The notes below the pieces were generated by a model, which saw nothing but the letters and a program-made list of their open reading frames with translations, was not told the DNA's origin and did no database searches. From a virus (taxonomy: Duplodnaviria; Caudoviricetes): a stretch of 64,000 nucleotides of DNA. Made by a program: the position numbers and the translations under genes. The stretch is taken from IMG/VR virus record IMGVR_UViG_3300021254_000033, positions 1 through 64,000 of that record; one strand, given 5' to 3'. Positions 35,401 to 44,891 of this stretch are shown in pieces (positions within the stretch are counted from its first letter, which is position 1; every line of letters starts with the position of its first letter).

Positions 35401-37483
35401 CTACTATCTTGATGCTCAAATGGTTTTATATGCTTCTGCTTTTCCTCAAATTAAATATACAATTAATGTAATTGAAGTTAGTGAAATTGAAGAATATGAA
35501 CCTTATGTATTTAGTATTGGGGATAAGACTTATATGGAAGATACAGAGTTCTTCGGCTGGGATTCTAAAGCACGTCCATATAAGGAAGAAATTATTATTT
35601 CAGAAGTCACATATAACTTAGATGACCCCTCTAAAAATACTATTAGGGTGCAAAATTACAAAACACAATTTGAAGATTTATTCCAGCGGATTGCTGCGGA
35701 AACACAATCTTTACAATATTCTACCGGTGAGTACAAGCGCGCCGCCAATGCAATTACTCAAGATTATATTCTTGATGGAGTGTTGATGCAGAATAGTTTA
35801 AAGAATAATAATTTAGTTATTCAAAATGCTTTAAACCAGGCTGTAGTTTGGGATGATACTGGAATTAGTATTAGTAATTCAAGAAATCCAAATGAGATTG
35901 TGCGGTTGACCAGTAATGGTATTGTATTGACAAGAGACGGCGGTCAGACTTGGGAAACTGGTATTACAGCAAGTGGAATTAATGCTGATGTAATTACTGC
36001 AGGGCGGTTGGATACAAATTCAATCAGGATTTTTAACGGAGAAAGACAAACTTTCCAATGGAATAGTACAGGAATTAATGCGTATGCACAGAACCCCTCA
36101 ACACAACAAGTTGATTATAATACTTTTGTACGGTTTGACCAGTATGGGTTATATGGATTAACAGCTGATGCTGATTGGGATCCTGATACCCCTAGTGGAA
36201 GTCCTTCTTTATCCGGTTTAGCTAAAGTTAAGAGAGATGCTTATTTTTCTTTAACTTGGGATGGATTAAAGATTAATGTAAAAGACAGTGATCGCAATTC
36301 TGATATTATTAATATTGGTAATGGCAGATTTTTAGTAAGGGGAGATGGCTCTATCTTTATCAGTCCTCCTGCTCCGACTTCTAGTATATCAAAAACAGAA
36401 AGTATCAATGTTAATAATCAATTTATTGTTTATGATGATGGCTCTATTGTCGCCAAAGACGGTACATTTTCTGGTACTCTTTCCGCCGCGAAAGTCAGCG
36501 GTGCATTAACATCGAATGGTGACGGGTGGCTTGAAGGTATTGGTATTCGCACAGGATCCGATGGAAATGACCCACCATATTATAATTTTTATGTTGGTTC
36601 TGATGGTGAGGTTAAAGCAGGTGGAGATGCTGTAAATGGACCCAATTTCCATGTTGATACGAATGGGAATGTGACTATTAAAGGGAATGTTACATTGGAT
36701 AGTAATAGTGTTATTCAGTGGAGTAATTTAAGCGCGCAGGCACAAGGTTATGTTACAAGTGCTCAAGCTGATGCTACCCAGGCGCTAAGTGATGCTGGAG
36801 ATGCTTTAACTGCAGCGGAATCTGCTCAAACCATAGCAGAAGGAAGTATTCAATCAACCATACGATTATGGTATTCTAAAGCTAACACCACCTCTCCTAC
36901 AAAACCTTCTGGAACCTCTCCTATAACTAGCACAGCCACAACACCTAATGGGTGGCGTACAGTTATACCAGCTTATAATGAAGATTATCCATATTATTTT
37001 TATTGCTATCAACAATTAAAAGGGGATGGAACATATGAATGGACAGATCCTGTATATGAAAAAACAATTAGTGCTACTTCCAGTAATGCTGTATATGCTT
37101 TAGCTCAAGGTCAATATACTTCTGCTGGTTCAACTTTTATTAGTGGTGATACTATTTATTCACCCACTGTTTCTGGTGGTTTGGTTGAAGGTGCAGTTGT
37201 AGCAGGAGGAGAATTTACCAACGCAGGTAGAGGCTCTTATTTAACAATAGGGGGAATAGATGCTAGTAGTGGATATGGTGATTTAGTTTTAAAAGGAAGA
37301 GATCCTTCAAGTGGTAGTTCATGGGAAGTTTTTAGAATACAGGATATGATAGGTTATGCTAATTTATATGTTTATACAGTTGGTATTTTAAGAGTAAATG
37401 GTGCAAATTCAACTGCGGGTGCTTTAGGAAAATGGGATTTTTCAAACGCTACGGTTACCGGTATCCCCGCGATGTTTGGTTAA
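32480..37483 (+). CDS. Large tail/baseplate hub protein (Tal-like, host-specificity)
   Basis: Position after Dit; coiled-coil middle; ADVITAGRLD and beta-rich C-terminal repeats. Confidence 0.75.
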   Translation: MEFNKPYKITLWEDETSYLVQRGNEKIVVTELQSSDTIINTWNSENCIAIIGSDTMDTPIRAFDPELKMEINGKKTLSFSIVFRYWDYEEEKFKLNPFVNLLVNERRVKLFYKNEWHEFVIKQKEENSEKYIFSYTCEDIYLTELGRNGYEVELNNELENNVGTAVQLGEKILTESDWEVAPIGEGENDSDAIIQTTKEGLYLFKIANSITATCLQDFEYDGVVVEEGTTKTIPANSTIYIFYSTFVNKENPIQFLFVEDNHYALDDHGFIMNSPNWSYEASSLPNFYGVSAEQLENPDVLQLNMSSYFGKKVFNMQETIYLTEIDKYCTSYMKNNTKYYCYKETQYASIAEIQNILVNTEAFLDTNGWGSYSSTINAYLPTAGGLNGQMVLQMNLTPGWVAYESFSDAEAAHAEGKRVYYKDGEKYILVRPTETLISSNTYYKNETCYNTGFFHNRQLLREMVASDEDTFVLMLQMDSADDPTLSAVRAEVYAEEVTEDGMGNDLLIQFDGPGTVNQDGYLTLFGKVKRSISYTTLLDTYTNVTFYLYGNGTYSVAKALCFKKLLDADGNLIIPDLQTTADTIIREKYYFFTADQIDNTINSTDDLVYAAIQYNDNGFEPYYPSSMEKITMIEGEKSNYFNLIQTICEKFECWAKFIIGHDEQGAILNYYELTQDTERKQGKTYYIPSSDNQLQDEDYYNHEKWVISSADSVSGLYERKASKKVAFKEYIGKDNLVGFRYGINLKSIVRNVVSDDITTKLIVEQNSNEFAKDGSCTIQKAALNPSGENMIFNFQYFINHGLIDEVELNKDLYGSVDKTGIALLPNLHDINKKLAKIVSEEAEIKFSIDDVNNSLLILKNQDSEAQEALSKLVQDIEATGYSDYTPAILEKFEYLRDLVTKQQYNNAVIDTYDDILANLEDLYVAYQSRLEYLIEQEKNYNEQKRILTKEFYKKYAKYIREGTWISEDYYDEDIYYLDAQMVLYASAFPQIKYTINVIEVSEIEEYEPYVFSIGDKTYMEDTEFFGWDSKARPYKEEIIISEVTYNLDDPSKNTIRVQNYKTQFEDLFQRIAAETQSLQYSTGEYKRAANAITQDYILDGVLMQNSLKNNNLVIQNALNQAVVWDDTGISISNSRNPNEIVRLTSNGIVLTRDGGQTWETGITASGINADVITAGRLDTNSIRIFNGERQTFQWNSTGINAYAQNPSTQQVDYNTFVRFDQYGLYGLTADADWDPDTPSGSPSLSGLAKVKRDAYFSLTWDGLKINVKDSDRNSDIINIGNGRFLVRGDGSIFISPPAPTSSISKTESINVNNQFIVYDDGSIVAKDGTFSGTLSAAKVSGALTSNGDGWLEGIGIRTGSDGNDPPYYNFYVGSDGEVKAGGDAVNGPNFHVDTNGNVTIKGNVTLDSNSVIQWSNLSAQAQGYVTSAQADATQALSDAGDALTAAESAQTIAEGSIQSTIRLWYSKANTTSPTKPSGTSPITSTATTPNGWRTVIPAYNEDYPYYFYCYQQLKGDGTYEWTDPVYEKTISATSSNAVYALAQGQYTSAGSTFISGDTIYSPTVSGGLVEGAVVAGGEFTNAGRGSYLTIGGIDASSGYGDLVLKGRDPSSGSSWEVFRIQDMIGYANLYVYTVGILRVNGANSTAGALGKWDFSNATVTGIPAMFG

Positions 37484-37496
37484 GGAGGGTGGATAG

Positions 37497-40400
37497 ATGG
37501 CTACATTTAATATTACCGAAAACTATGGACAAACTCTTGTATGGTCTGCCACTTTAGGGAGCAGATTTAATACATATAACTATACTCGAGTTGGTATTAC
37601 TACAACCTCTTTTACAGATGGTGCAACTTCTATTTCCGGTATTATATCAAGCACTAGTCATAATGCTACCGTATCTGCTACTGCTTCAACAAAGGACAGT
37701 AAGGGCAGTTTAACTACACCAACATATACTGACACTGTTTCTATTACGGGATCAAAAACTCTTTATGCTTTTGCACAAGTTGGGACCGCAGGAGAGAAAA
37801 AATATTATAATATAGCAAGCACTACTCGAGCTTTTACTAATGTTACTGTTAGTATGTCTTCTATTAGTTATAACTCCGCGAAATTTAGTATAAGTTATAA
37901 AAGTGCTACAAAATATAAGCGTTTTGTTTATAAAAAAGGCACAAGTGGTACAGCTACTTATCTTCCCAGTAGTTCTACTTGGAATAGTTCAAGTTCAGCA
38001 TATTCAGCAACCATTAGTGGATTAGAACCTAATACAACATATTATTATAATGCTATTGTATCAACTTCTAGCACTCAAAGTAATAGCTATTCAGTAAATG
38101 TTTATGAAAGTAATACAAAATCTTTTACCACATCTAAACCAACAAGAGGCTTCTCACTTTCAATACGAAGTGGTACTTATAATACCATAGCAGTAGCTGT
38201 AAATTCTGTTAGCCATTCATATACTACATATAAAATTTATTATGGAACAAGTAGCAACCCCTCTACGCTTTTAGGAACATATACCTCAAGCTCATCTTCA
38301 ACAAAATATATTAGTAATTTAAGTGCAAATACTACATATTATGTACGTATTGATGTTACAAATGGAAGTACAACATATACAGGTACCGTGAGTAGTATAA
38401 AAACCACAGCAGTTCCTTCAAGAACTATTTCAGCTTCTGCTGTTGCAGAAAAATCTACTCAATTAAGTGTAACTGTAGGTGCAAATAGCACATATACTAC
38501 ATATCGAATTGGATATTCAACAGGTAGTTCATATCTTTATACAGCTTCTAGTAGTAGCTCATCTTCTGCTACACAAACTATAACTAATTTAGCACCTAAC
38601 ACAACTTATAATCTTATACTTGAAGTAGAAGTCAATGGAGGTTGGTATCAAACTGCTTCAACCACAGCAAAAACTGCTATGGTAATTGAAAATGTAAGCG
38701 TAACTGGTACTTCTATTACTAGCGTAATAAATGGATTTTCAGCTTATTCGTATACTAGAACCATATATATACACGCTTATTTGGCAGGAACTAATACTCT
38801 AGTTGCACAAAATCAGGTAACAATGGCTGCTAATGCTACTACTAGTGGTAATATAACTGTTTCAGGACTTACTCCGGGTACATCATATGATATTAAAGGT
38901 TTTATTTATTTAAATGGTGGTAGTGGCTCTTATGCTACAAATCCAGAAGGATATAATATATCGACAACAGCAAGTGCAACAACTCGCTTTAGTGTTACTG
39001 CTCCTTCTTCAGGATACCAAAATGATACTTACGGGACAACACTTACTGTTAGTATTACTACTGTAGATAGTACTTATCGTTATAATCAAGTTTGGTATAG
39101 AATTGATGGTTCAGGTTCAAGTTATTCTAAGACAACTCTTACTACTAGTACATCAATAACTCTTTCCAGCTTAACCCCAGGAGAAATTTATGAAATTAAT
39201 GTATATAGCTCAGAGGCCTCTGCGGCTTATGGTCTTCCTGTTTATCCATCTCCTGATAATGCAAAAACACAGGTTACTAATGGTCGAGCTACTTTAGCGA
39301 GTAGCGGAGAGAGAGAAACTTCTATTACTGCTAATGTAAAATTACAATCTTCTTCTCTTTCGAGAAAAGTAACAATAGATGCTTACAAAAATGGAACTAA
39401 ATATCAATCTTGTTCTCATCCTGTTACTATTAATAGTGGAGATACAGCAAGTAATGTAAAAGTTGATGGTTTAGAGCCTAATACTACTTATGATATTTAT
39501 TGCTATGTGGAATATCCAGTCGGTAGTGGCACATATAAAAGACTTGGTGGGTTTTCTGCGACAACTCAATCATTACAAGGAACTCTTTCTGTAGCTAGTA
39601 ATACAGAAACTGGTGTAAACTGGAGTGTTACAGGTTTATCTACTAATTCTGGTTATCAAAGAATTATATATTTTGATTTAGCAACATCTTCAGGTGGAAG
39701 TAATGTATACGGTAATTCCGCCACCATCACAGCAAGTACTAGTTCTACTAGTAATACCTGCTGGAAAATTCCTCCTTCTACTGGTTCATCTGCGACTACT
39801 TTATATTATAATTGTTATGTTCGTTTTGATAATCAAGTTAATACTGATGGAAAAAGTGTACAATTTTTACTTAAAAGTGGTACTTATACAGTACCCTATG
39901 TTCAGGGTTCAATTTCGGGTACTGCTGTGGCAGAAACTAGTATAACTTGCCAATTAACTGGTCTTTCTAGTTATCCAGTTGCAAGAACTATTAGTATAGA
40001 TGCCATACCTACCTCTGGTTCAACTGTAAATTACTCGGGGACTGTCTCCGCAAGCACCACTAGTAAAACTGGAATTCAAATTACTGGATTAAAAAAAGGA
40101 ACAGATTATACGGTATATGCCTATATAAAATTTGGAACAACCTACGGTCCAACCGGTGATAGTTATTACTCTTTAGGTTCATACACAGTTAGAACAAGTG
40201 GGGCTAATATTGATCCTTGGACTTGGACTGCACCAAATACATACAATGCAATAACTCGAACGGATACTATTGCTACTCAAGCGCAAATGACCAGTGCAGA
40301 TACCGCATTAACCAATAAACAGGCAACAACGAATTTTAGTTTCAGGGTTTGGAACGATTTAGTATATAAAGTTTATGAGGCTTGCACCGTCGCGGGTCGA

Positions 40401-40610
40401 GGATGGGATACTACCTATTTAACTTTAAGTCAGACACTAATGAGCACAAGCGATTCAACAGATAGAATACTTACAGCAGACCGATATAATGCTGTAAGAA
40501 ATCAATGGTCTAGTGGTATTGCAAAAGTTAATACAAATGATATAATTTATGCTCAAGCTCATTTTTATGACTTAACTACCTCGTTAAATACTTGGATAAA
40601 TAGTTTATAA
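37497..40610 (+). CDS. Tail fibre/adhesin with about 7 fibronectin type III-like repeats
   Basis: Repeated L.P(N/G)T.Y motifs (LEPNTTYY, LSANTTYY, LAPNTTYN, LTPGTSYD, LTPGEIYE, LEPNTTYD, LKKGTDYT); Ser/Thr-rich. Confidence 0.8.
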   Translation: MATFNITENYGQTLVWSATLGSRFNTYNYTRVGITTTSFTDGATSISGIISSTSHNATVSATASTKDSKGSLTTPTYTDTVSITGSKTLYAFAQVGTAGEKKYYNIASTTRAFTNVTVSMSSISYNSAKFSISYKSATKYKRFVYKKGTSGTATYLPSSSTWNSSSSAYSATISGLEPNTTYYYNAIVSTSSTQSNSYSVNVYESNTKSFTTSKPTRGFSLSIRSGTYNTIAVAVNSVSHSYTTYKIYYGTSSNPSTLLGTYTSSSSSTKYISNLSANTTYYVRIDVTNGSTTYTGTVSSIKTTAVPSRTISASAVAEKSTQLSVTVGANSTYTTYRIGYSTGSSYLYTASSSSSSSATQTITNLAPNTTYNLILEVEVNGGWYQTASTTAKTAMVIENVSVTGTSITSVINGFSAYSYTRTIYIHAYLAGTNTLVAQNQVTMAANATTSGNITVSGLTPGTSYDIKGFIYLNGGSGSYATNPEGYNISTTASATTRFSVTAPSSGYQNDTYGTTLTVSITTVDSTYRYNQVWYRIDGSGSSYSKTTLTTSTSITLSSLTPGEIYEINVYSSEASAAYGLPVYPSPDNAKTQVTNGRATLASSGERETSITANVKLQSSSLSRKVTIDAYKNGTKYQSCSHPVTINSGDTASNVKVDGLEPNTTYDIYCYVEYPVGSGTYKRLGGFSATTQSLQGTLSVASNTETGVNWSVTGLSTNSGYQRIIYFDLATSSGGSNVYGNSATITASTSSTSNTCWKIPPSTGSSATTLYYNCYVRFDNQVNTDGKSVQFLLKSGTYTVPYVQGSISGTAVAETSITCQLTGLSSYPVARTISIDAIPTSGSTVNYSGTVSASTTSKTGIQITGLKKGTDYTVYAYIKFGTTYGPTGDSYYSLGSYTVRTSGANIDPWTWTAPNTYNAITRTDTIATQAQMTSADTALTNKQATTNFSFRVWNDLVYKVYEACTVAGRGWDTTYLTLSQTLMSTSDSTDRILTADRYNAVRNQWSSGIAKVNTNDIIYAQAHFYDLTTSLNTWINSL

Positions 40611-40613
40611 TAT

Positions 40614-40646
40614 AAAAAAAAAGAACGACTAATAAGTCGTTCTTTT
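40614..40646. terminator. Bidirectional terminator between convergent modules
   Basis: AAAAGAACGACT-AATA-AGTCGTTCTTTT flanked by A and T tracts. Confidence 0.9.
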
Positions 40647-40649
40647 ACT

Positions 40650-41030
40650 TTATTCAGAAAAGAAAGGAAACAATGCTGACCACTGTATCGGTGTTAATTC
40701 AAAATTATTAAGCATCTCATTTTCCTCTTCTGTAAAAACAAAATTTTCTGATTCCCATTCTACAGATTGAAGTTCTTTTATTTTTTCTTGGCATTCTTTT
40801 GAAGTTTCTGGTTTAAGAGAAATACCATTTTCAGTTGTTTTTATATTTCCTTCATCATCTTTCTCTGCGTATTCTGAAACTAATGCCTCTAATTTTCCTC
40901 TATAAAATTCTGCTGCAGATTGTGCTTCTACATTTATCTTATGAAGTTTAAAGGCTAATTTAAAAGGCATCTTTAAAGAAAATAATTCAGAATACATATT
41001 TGTAAAATTTAATGCTTCTTGAATTGTCAT
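40650..41030 (-). CDS. Hypothetical protein (126 aa)
   Basis: RBS GAGG; last gene of the minus-strand operon. Confidence 0.8.
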   Translation of the reverse strand: MTIQEALNFTNMYSELFSLKMPFKLAFKLHKINVEAQSAAEFYRGKLEALVSEYAEKDDEGNIKTTENGISLKPETSKECQEKIKELQSVEWESENFVFTEEENEMLNNFELTPIQWSALFPFFSE

Positions 41031-41042
41031 TTATACCTCTAT

Positions 41043-41762
41043 CTATTCCCAGCTTACTATTTCAGGTTTTTTATTAAAATTGTCTACTGCATATTTTCCA
41101 ATACCAATCGCATCGGCGCAATCATTAGATACGCTAACATCATACCATTTCTTAATTAGTATTTGCATTGACTTCTTTTTGTCTGCTCTTGTTCTACCGA
41201 TTACTCCACAATGTTTTCTCCATGCCGCAGTATGACATATTTCATATTGAATACCTTCTTCGTAAAGGCAATTTAATAAAATACCTTGAAGGCGCGCGAG
41301 CGTTTCAAAAGTTGTTACTCCAACTTGCTTTTGATATTGTATACCTTCTAGCGCCACTAAATCTGGTTGCCAATTATTTATCATACTAATAAGCCAGTTT
41401 TTTATTGTATTATCTCTTGCTATTTCATTATCTAATTGAGTTTCAAAAGTTCCATAACGCAATAATTCTCCATTAGAAAAAAGACTCCAGCCACTAATTC
41501 TAGTGGCTTGGTCTAAAGCTAAAACTCTATATTCATCTTTTTTCTTTGGAACTAAAATTTCTTTTTGATCTTTAAATTCATTTCTTTGACAAACTGGACA
41601 CTCTCGTCTAGTTCTTAATTTTTTCCAAGAAGAATAAACACGATGTCCTTCACTACATTCAAAAACCATTTCTGTATCAAGGTTTTTGTATTCCGTAGAA
41701 ATAAGCGTCCATCCATCTTTACTTAATTCTTCTTGTATATCTTCTATTTTAATTTTACTCAT
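41043..41762 (-). CDS. RuvC-like Holliday junction resolvase with N-terminal zinc ribbon
   Basis: LALDQAT, ALEG, DCADAIGIG; CSEGH...CPVC. Confidence 0.8.
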   Translation of the reverse strand: MSKIKIEDIQEELSKDGWTLISTEYKNLDTEMVFECSEGHRVYSSWKKLRTRRECPVCQRNEFKDQKEILVPKKKDEYRVLALDQATRISGWSLFSNGELLRYGTFETQLDNEIARDNTIKNWLISMINNWQPDLVALEGIQYQKQVGVTTFETLARLQGILLNCLYEEGIQYEICHTAAWRKHCGVIGRTRADKKKSMQILIKKWYDVSVSNDCADAIGIGKYAVDNFNKKPEIVSWE

Positions 41763-42665
41763 TTATAAAATACCAGTGCTTCCAAAACCACCACCGCGGT
41801 CTTCTCCAATTTCACCTACTTTTTCTACTCTAAAGAAATCAATTTTAGGAACTTCAGAAAGAACTAATTGACAGAACTTTTCGCCTTTATTAATTGAATA
41901 AGATTGACCATATTCAAGGCTTTTGATGCGTAGTTCCTCTGTTCTTCCACCGTTTGGATTATTAATTGGTTCATATTGAATATCCTTAATTGGAGGTTCT
42001 ACATTTTCTACAATTACTCCAATTTCATCCCGGTAGCCTGCATCAATTGTTCCTGGTGTATTAGCAACACGTAATTTTGTTTTTAGACAGCGGCCGCTCT
42101 TTGGGCGAACCTGAATTTCATATCCTGGTGGGATAGCTACTTTAATACCTGTTGGAATTAGTTTTGTTTCTCCAGGTTTAATGATATAATCATCTAAAGC
42201 ATAAACATCTAATCCACTATCTGACACATGAGCATACTGTGGAATTCTTGCATTTTCGTGACATAATTCTATTGGAATTCGAATAATTCTTTTTGAAATA
42301 CCTTCTGTTTCATTAATGGCATTAGACATAGAATTAATAATTTGAATAAAGAAGTCTTTTTTAATATTTGATAATTCTTCTAAGTTGTTAATGGCTTCTA
42401 TGGCTTCATTGAAAGCTTCATTTATATCTTCGGAAGTATATCCATCTTTATTTATACTCTGAACTAATGCCACTCTTGCATTAGCATTATTAATTGACAT
42501 TGCAAAACTTTCTAATAACCCTGGCGCAATTAATTCAAATTGATCATCTGGTAACTCAAAAATAGCATTTAACATTTCTGCAGTGTCTTCATTAGTAGCA
42601 AGAGCTTCTAATGTGGATGCAATTTCTTCTACTGTTTCTTTCGTAATTTTTTCATCATTCTTCAT
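41763..42665 (-). CDS. dut: Trimeric dUTPase with long N-terminal extension
   Basis: SGLDV, RPKSG, GTIDAGYRDEI, RGGGFGSTG. Confidence 0.92.
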   Translation of the reverse strand: MKNDEKITKETVEEIASTLEALATNEDTAEMLNAIFELPDDQFELIAPGLLESFAMSINNANARVALVQSINKDGYTSEDINEAFNEAIEAINNLEELSNIKKDFFIQIINSMSNAINETEGISKRIIRIPIELCHENARIPQYAHVSDSGLDVYALDDYIIKPGETKLIPTGIKVAIPPGYEIQVRPKSGRCLKTKLRVANTPGTIDAGYRDEIGVIVENVEPPIKDIQYEPINNPNGGRTEELRIKSLEYGQSYSINKGEKFCQLVLSEVPKIDFFRVEKVGEIGEDRGGGFGSTGIL

Positions 42666-42876
42666 CCCAAATCCCTCCAAATTGCTGCACGAGTTTTACA
42701 ATATATGCTTCATCGATAATTTCACCTTTTGCTTTTTTAGTTTTATAAGTGTATCCCGCCGCAGTTAAAATAAAACCATCATTTTCTGCTTTATTTTTGT
42801 AGTCTTCAATAAGTTTTTTTGCTTCAGGTTCACTGTCTGCCCTAAATTCTAAGGTTTGTTTTAAGATTCGTGTCAT
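42655..42876 (-). CDS. Hypothetical protein (73 aa)
   Basis: Operonic overlap on both sides. Confidence 0.8.
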   Translation of the reverse strand: MTRILKQTLEFRADSEPEAKKLIEDYKNKAENDGFILTAAGYTYKTKKAKGEIIDEAYIVKLVQQFGGIWDEE

Positions 42877-43508
42877 TTTTCTCCTCCATTAAAATATGCT
42901 GTAACTATTTCTTTAAATAATGGTAACTCTAATAATTCAACACAAAATTCTCTCCATTCAGGAAGTCTGTGATTATATCTTTGTATATATATATTTAACA
43001 AACATCTATAATTAGTTGTTAATCTCGCTGTTAATTGAAACCCCGCAGGAGTATTGTATAATATTTCTAAATACAATTTATCCAACATTTTTTTTCTTTC
43101 TTCCATAACTTTTTGAGAGTCTTTTTTAAGAGAAGAAAGCCGATTATACTCATTTACTTTTTCTTGTACTATATCAATAATTCTTGAATCAACATATTCA
43201 TTACACTGTTCTTTTAAATTAAACCTAGTAATTCTATGCATTGTACTTTGACTTGTAACAAATTCTAAAAAACGGTACCTCTCTGCCTCAACCCAAGCTT
43301 TATTTGAAAAGGTAACATCAAAATTAACTCTTACTCCTGTAAGCCATTGAGCATGAGACCCATTTCCATAAGAAGCTTTTACTAAGTTTAATCCTCTTTT
43401 TATATCCTTATCATTACTTAATCTTCGTTCAGTTTCGGTTCTCATAGCATATCCACTTGCTATCAAACTTTCTTCTAAATCATAAACTTTTACATTACTC
43501 AAAATCAT
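42873..43508 (-). CDS. Divergent ThyX-like (FAD-dependent thymidylate synthase fold) protein
   Basis: ERYR...SQSTMH and NYR.L.NIY.QR.NHRLPEW resemble ThyX motifs; flanked by dut and a deaminase. Confidence 0.5.
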   Translation of the reverse strand: MILSNVKVYDLEESLIASGYAMRTETERRLSNDKDIKRGLNLVKASYGNGSHAQWLTGVRVNFDVTFSNKAWVEAERYRFLEFVTSQSTMHRITRFNLKEQCNEYVDSRIIDIVQEKVNEYNRLSSLKKDSQKVMEERKKMLDKLYLEILYNTPAGFQLTARLTTNYRCLLNIYIQRYNHRLPEWREFCVELLELPLFKEIVTAYFNGGEK

Positions 43509-43923
43509 TTAGAATTTTCTCCTTCACATAATCTCCATATTGGTTAATATAAAAAATTTCTTTTATTCCTAAATCTCTAATTAATTTACTACAGGCCGCG
43601 CAAGGACGACTACATCCTTTTTGTCCATTTTTTAATTCTCTATAAACATAAATAGAAACTCTGCTCCAGTCTATTTCTTTGCCAATTAATGGAGATAATG
43701 CATCTACTTCTGCGTGTTGTCTTGCTATAGAATGTTCATAATCTGTCATATCTCTATAGAAGTTATATTTGTGCTGCAGTGGGCGAGTTTTATTTGAGTT
43801 AAAACCAGTTGATAAAATATGATTTTTTTCTACTACAACTGCGCCCACTTTAGTTCTATGATAGTCACCTAAATAGCTTATTTCTTTTGCTATATTAAAA
43901 AACCTTTTCTCTTTTTTAGTCAT
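43495..43923 (-). CDS. dCMP/cytidine deaminase family protein (start MTKKEK)
   Basis: HAE...PCAAC zinc motif. Confidence 0.85.
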   Translation of the reverse strand: MTKKEKRFFNIAKEISYLGDYHRTKVGAVVVEKNHILSTGFNSNKTRPLQHKYNFYRDMTDYEHSIARQHAEVDALSPLIGKEIDWSRVSIYVYRELKNGQKGCSRPCAACSKLIRDLGIKEIFYINQYGDYVKEKILNDFE

Positions 43924-43957
43924 TTTCTTCCTTTCTACCATATCATTTTCTATATAT

Positions 43958-43986
43958 AGTATACTACAAAAGAAAAAAATATTCAA
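43958..43986 (-). promoter_or_regulatory. sigmaA promoter
   Basis: TTGAAT-17-TATACT followed by ATATATAGAAA. Confidence 0.75.
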
Positions 43987-43989
43987 GTT

Positions 43990-44175
43990 TTAATCGGGAA
44001 TTTTATGATATAAACCACAATGACACCATTCATCTGAGCCTTCTAAAAAATTTAAACAGATACATTTTGTTCTTTCATTTTTTTGCAGTTGACAACAACA
44101 ATATCCATCGTTTTCTTTTATTGCTTCTAAAATTTCTTTTTGTTTTTCTTTATCTGGTGTAATTGAGATTTTCAT
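43990..44175 (-). CDS. Ferredoxin-thioredoxin reductase catalytic-subunit-like protein
   Basis: GYCCC...CIC...CHCGLY corresponds to CPC/CPC/CHC. Confidence 0.7.
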   Translation of the reverse strand: MKISITPDKEKQKEILEAIKENDGYCCCQLQKNERTKCICLNFLEGSDEWCHCGLYHKIPD

Positions 44176-44677
44176 TAGTTAGTCTCCTTGCGTATTGATT
44201 ACTACTAGACAATTCAACTCCTAAAATTTCATCATAATGAGGAGAATCATTGGGAATATATCTACCATATTTAACAATGATATTAGGAAAGTTAAATAAA
44301 TTTTTATATAACGTAGATAAACCATCCTCAGTAGTATTTTCTAATTCTTCTTTAGTATATCCTGTGTAAATAACTATATCATCATTACATTTATACACTC
44401 TACGTAACGTATCTATAAAAGTAATTAACTCAAATTTTGAGTCAAAAGGTTCTAATCCGCCGCAAACTACTGCATTAGTTAACGGATTATTAATATATCG
44501 TTTACATATTTTTTCTACATCCATATCTAAAATAGGAGTACTCACTAACGAAGAGTTTTGACAAATCTTTTCTCCAGCTTCATTGTCACATTTAAATGAG
44601 CAATATGGAAAAATTAAAAACATTGAGATTTTTTTGTAATTACAAATATCTTCATCAATTATTCCACGTATTTTCAT
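44150..44677 (-). CDS. nrdG: Anaerobic RNR activating enzyme
   Basis: CSFKC...C cluster motif, GGLEPF; linked to nrdD. Confidence 0.85.
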   Translation of the reverse strand: MKIRGIIDEDICNYKKISMFLIFPYCSFKCDNEAGEKICQNSSLVSTPILDMDVEKICKRYINNPLTNAVVCGGLEPFDSKFELITFIDTLRRVYKCNDDIVIYTGYTKEELENTTEDGLSTLYKNLFNFPNIIVKYGRYIPNDSPHYDEILGVELSSSNQYARRLTNENLNYTR

Positions 44678-44891
44678 TTTTATTCCTTCTTTCTTTTCCC
44701 TTTTTTAATCCTTTTTCAAACCCCTCAATATATCTTTTAGTCATTTCAGCTTTTATATTATCATAAATACTAGGAAAACAGTTAGCCATAAGGAATTCAA
44801 AAGAAATTTCTTCAGAAAGGTTAATACCATCTTTTTCAAGTCGGTCTACTATATTTTTTAATCTACCTAATTGTACAGTGTCTAATTTCAT
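44655..44891 (-). CDS. Hypothetical protein (78 aa)
   Basis: Operonic overlaps. Confidence 0.7.
   Translation of the reverse strand: MKLDTVQLGRLKNIVDRLEKDGINLSEEISFEFLMANCFPSIYDNIKAEMTKRYIEGFEKGLKKGKERRNKNENTWNN

Noticed and set aside
37497-40610. Diversity-generating retroelement target in the tail fibre
   Set aside because: No reverse transcriptase and no adenine-variant template/variable repeat pair was seen in the window.
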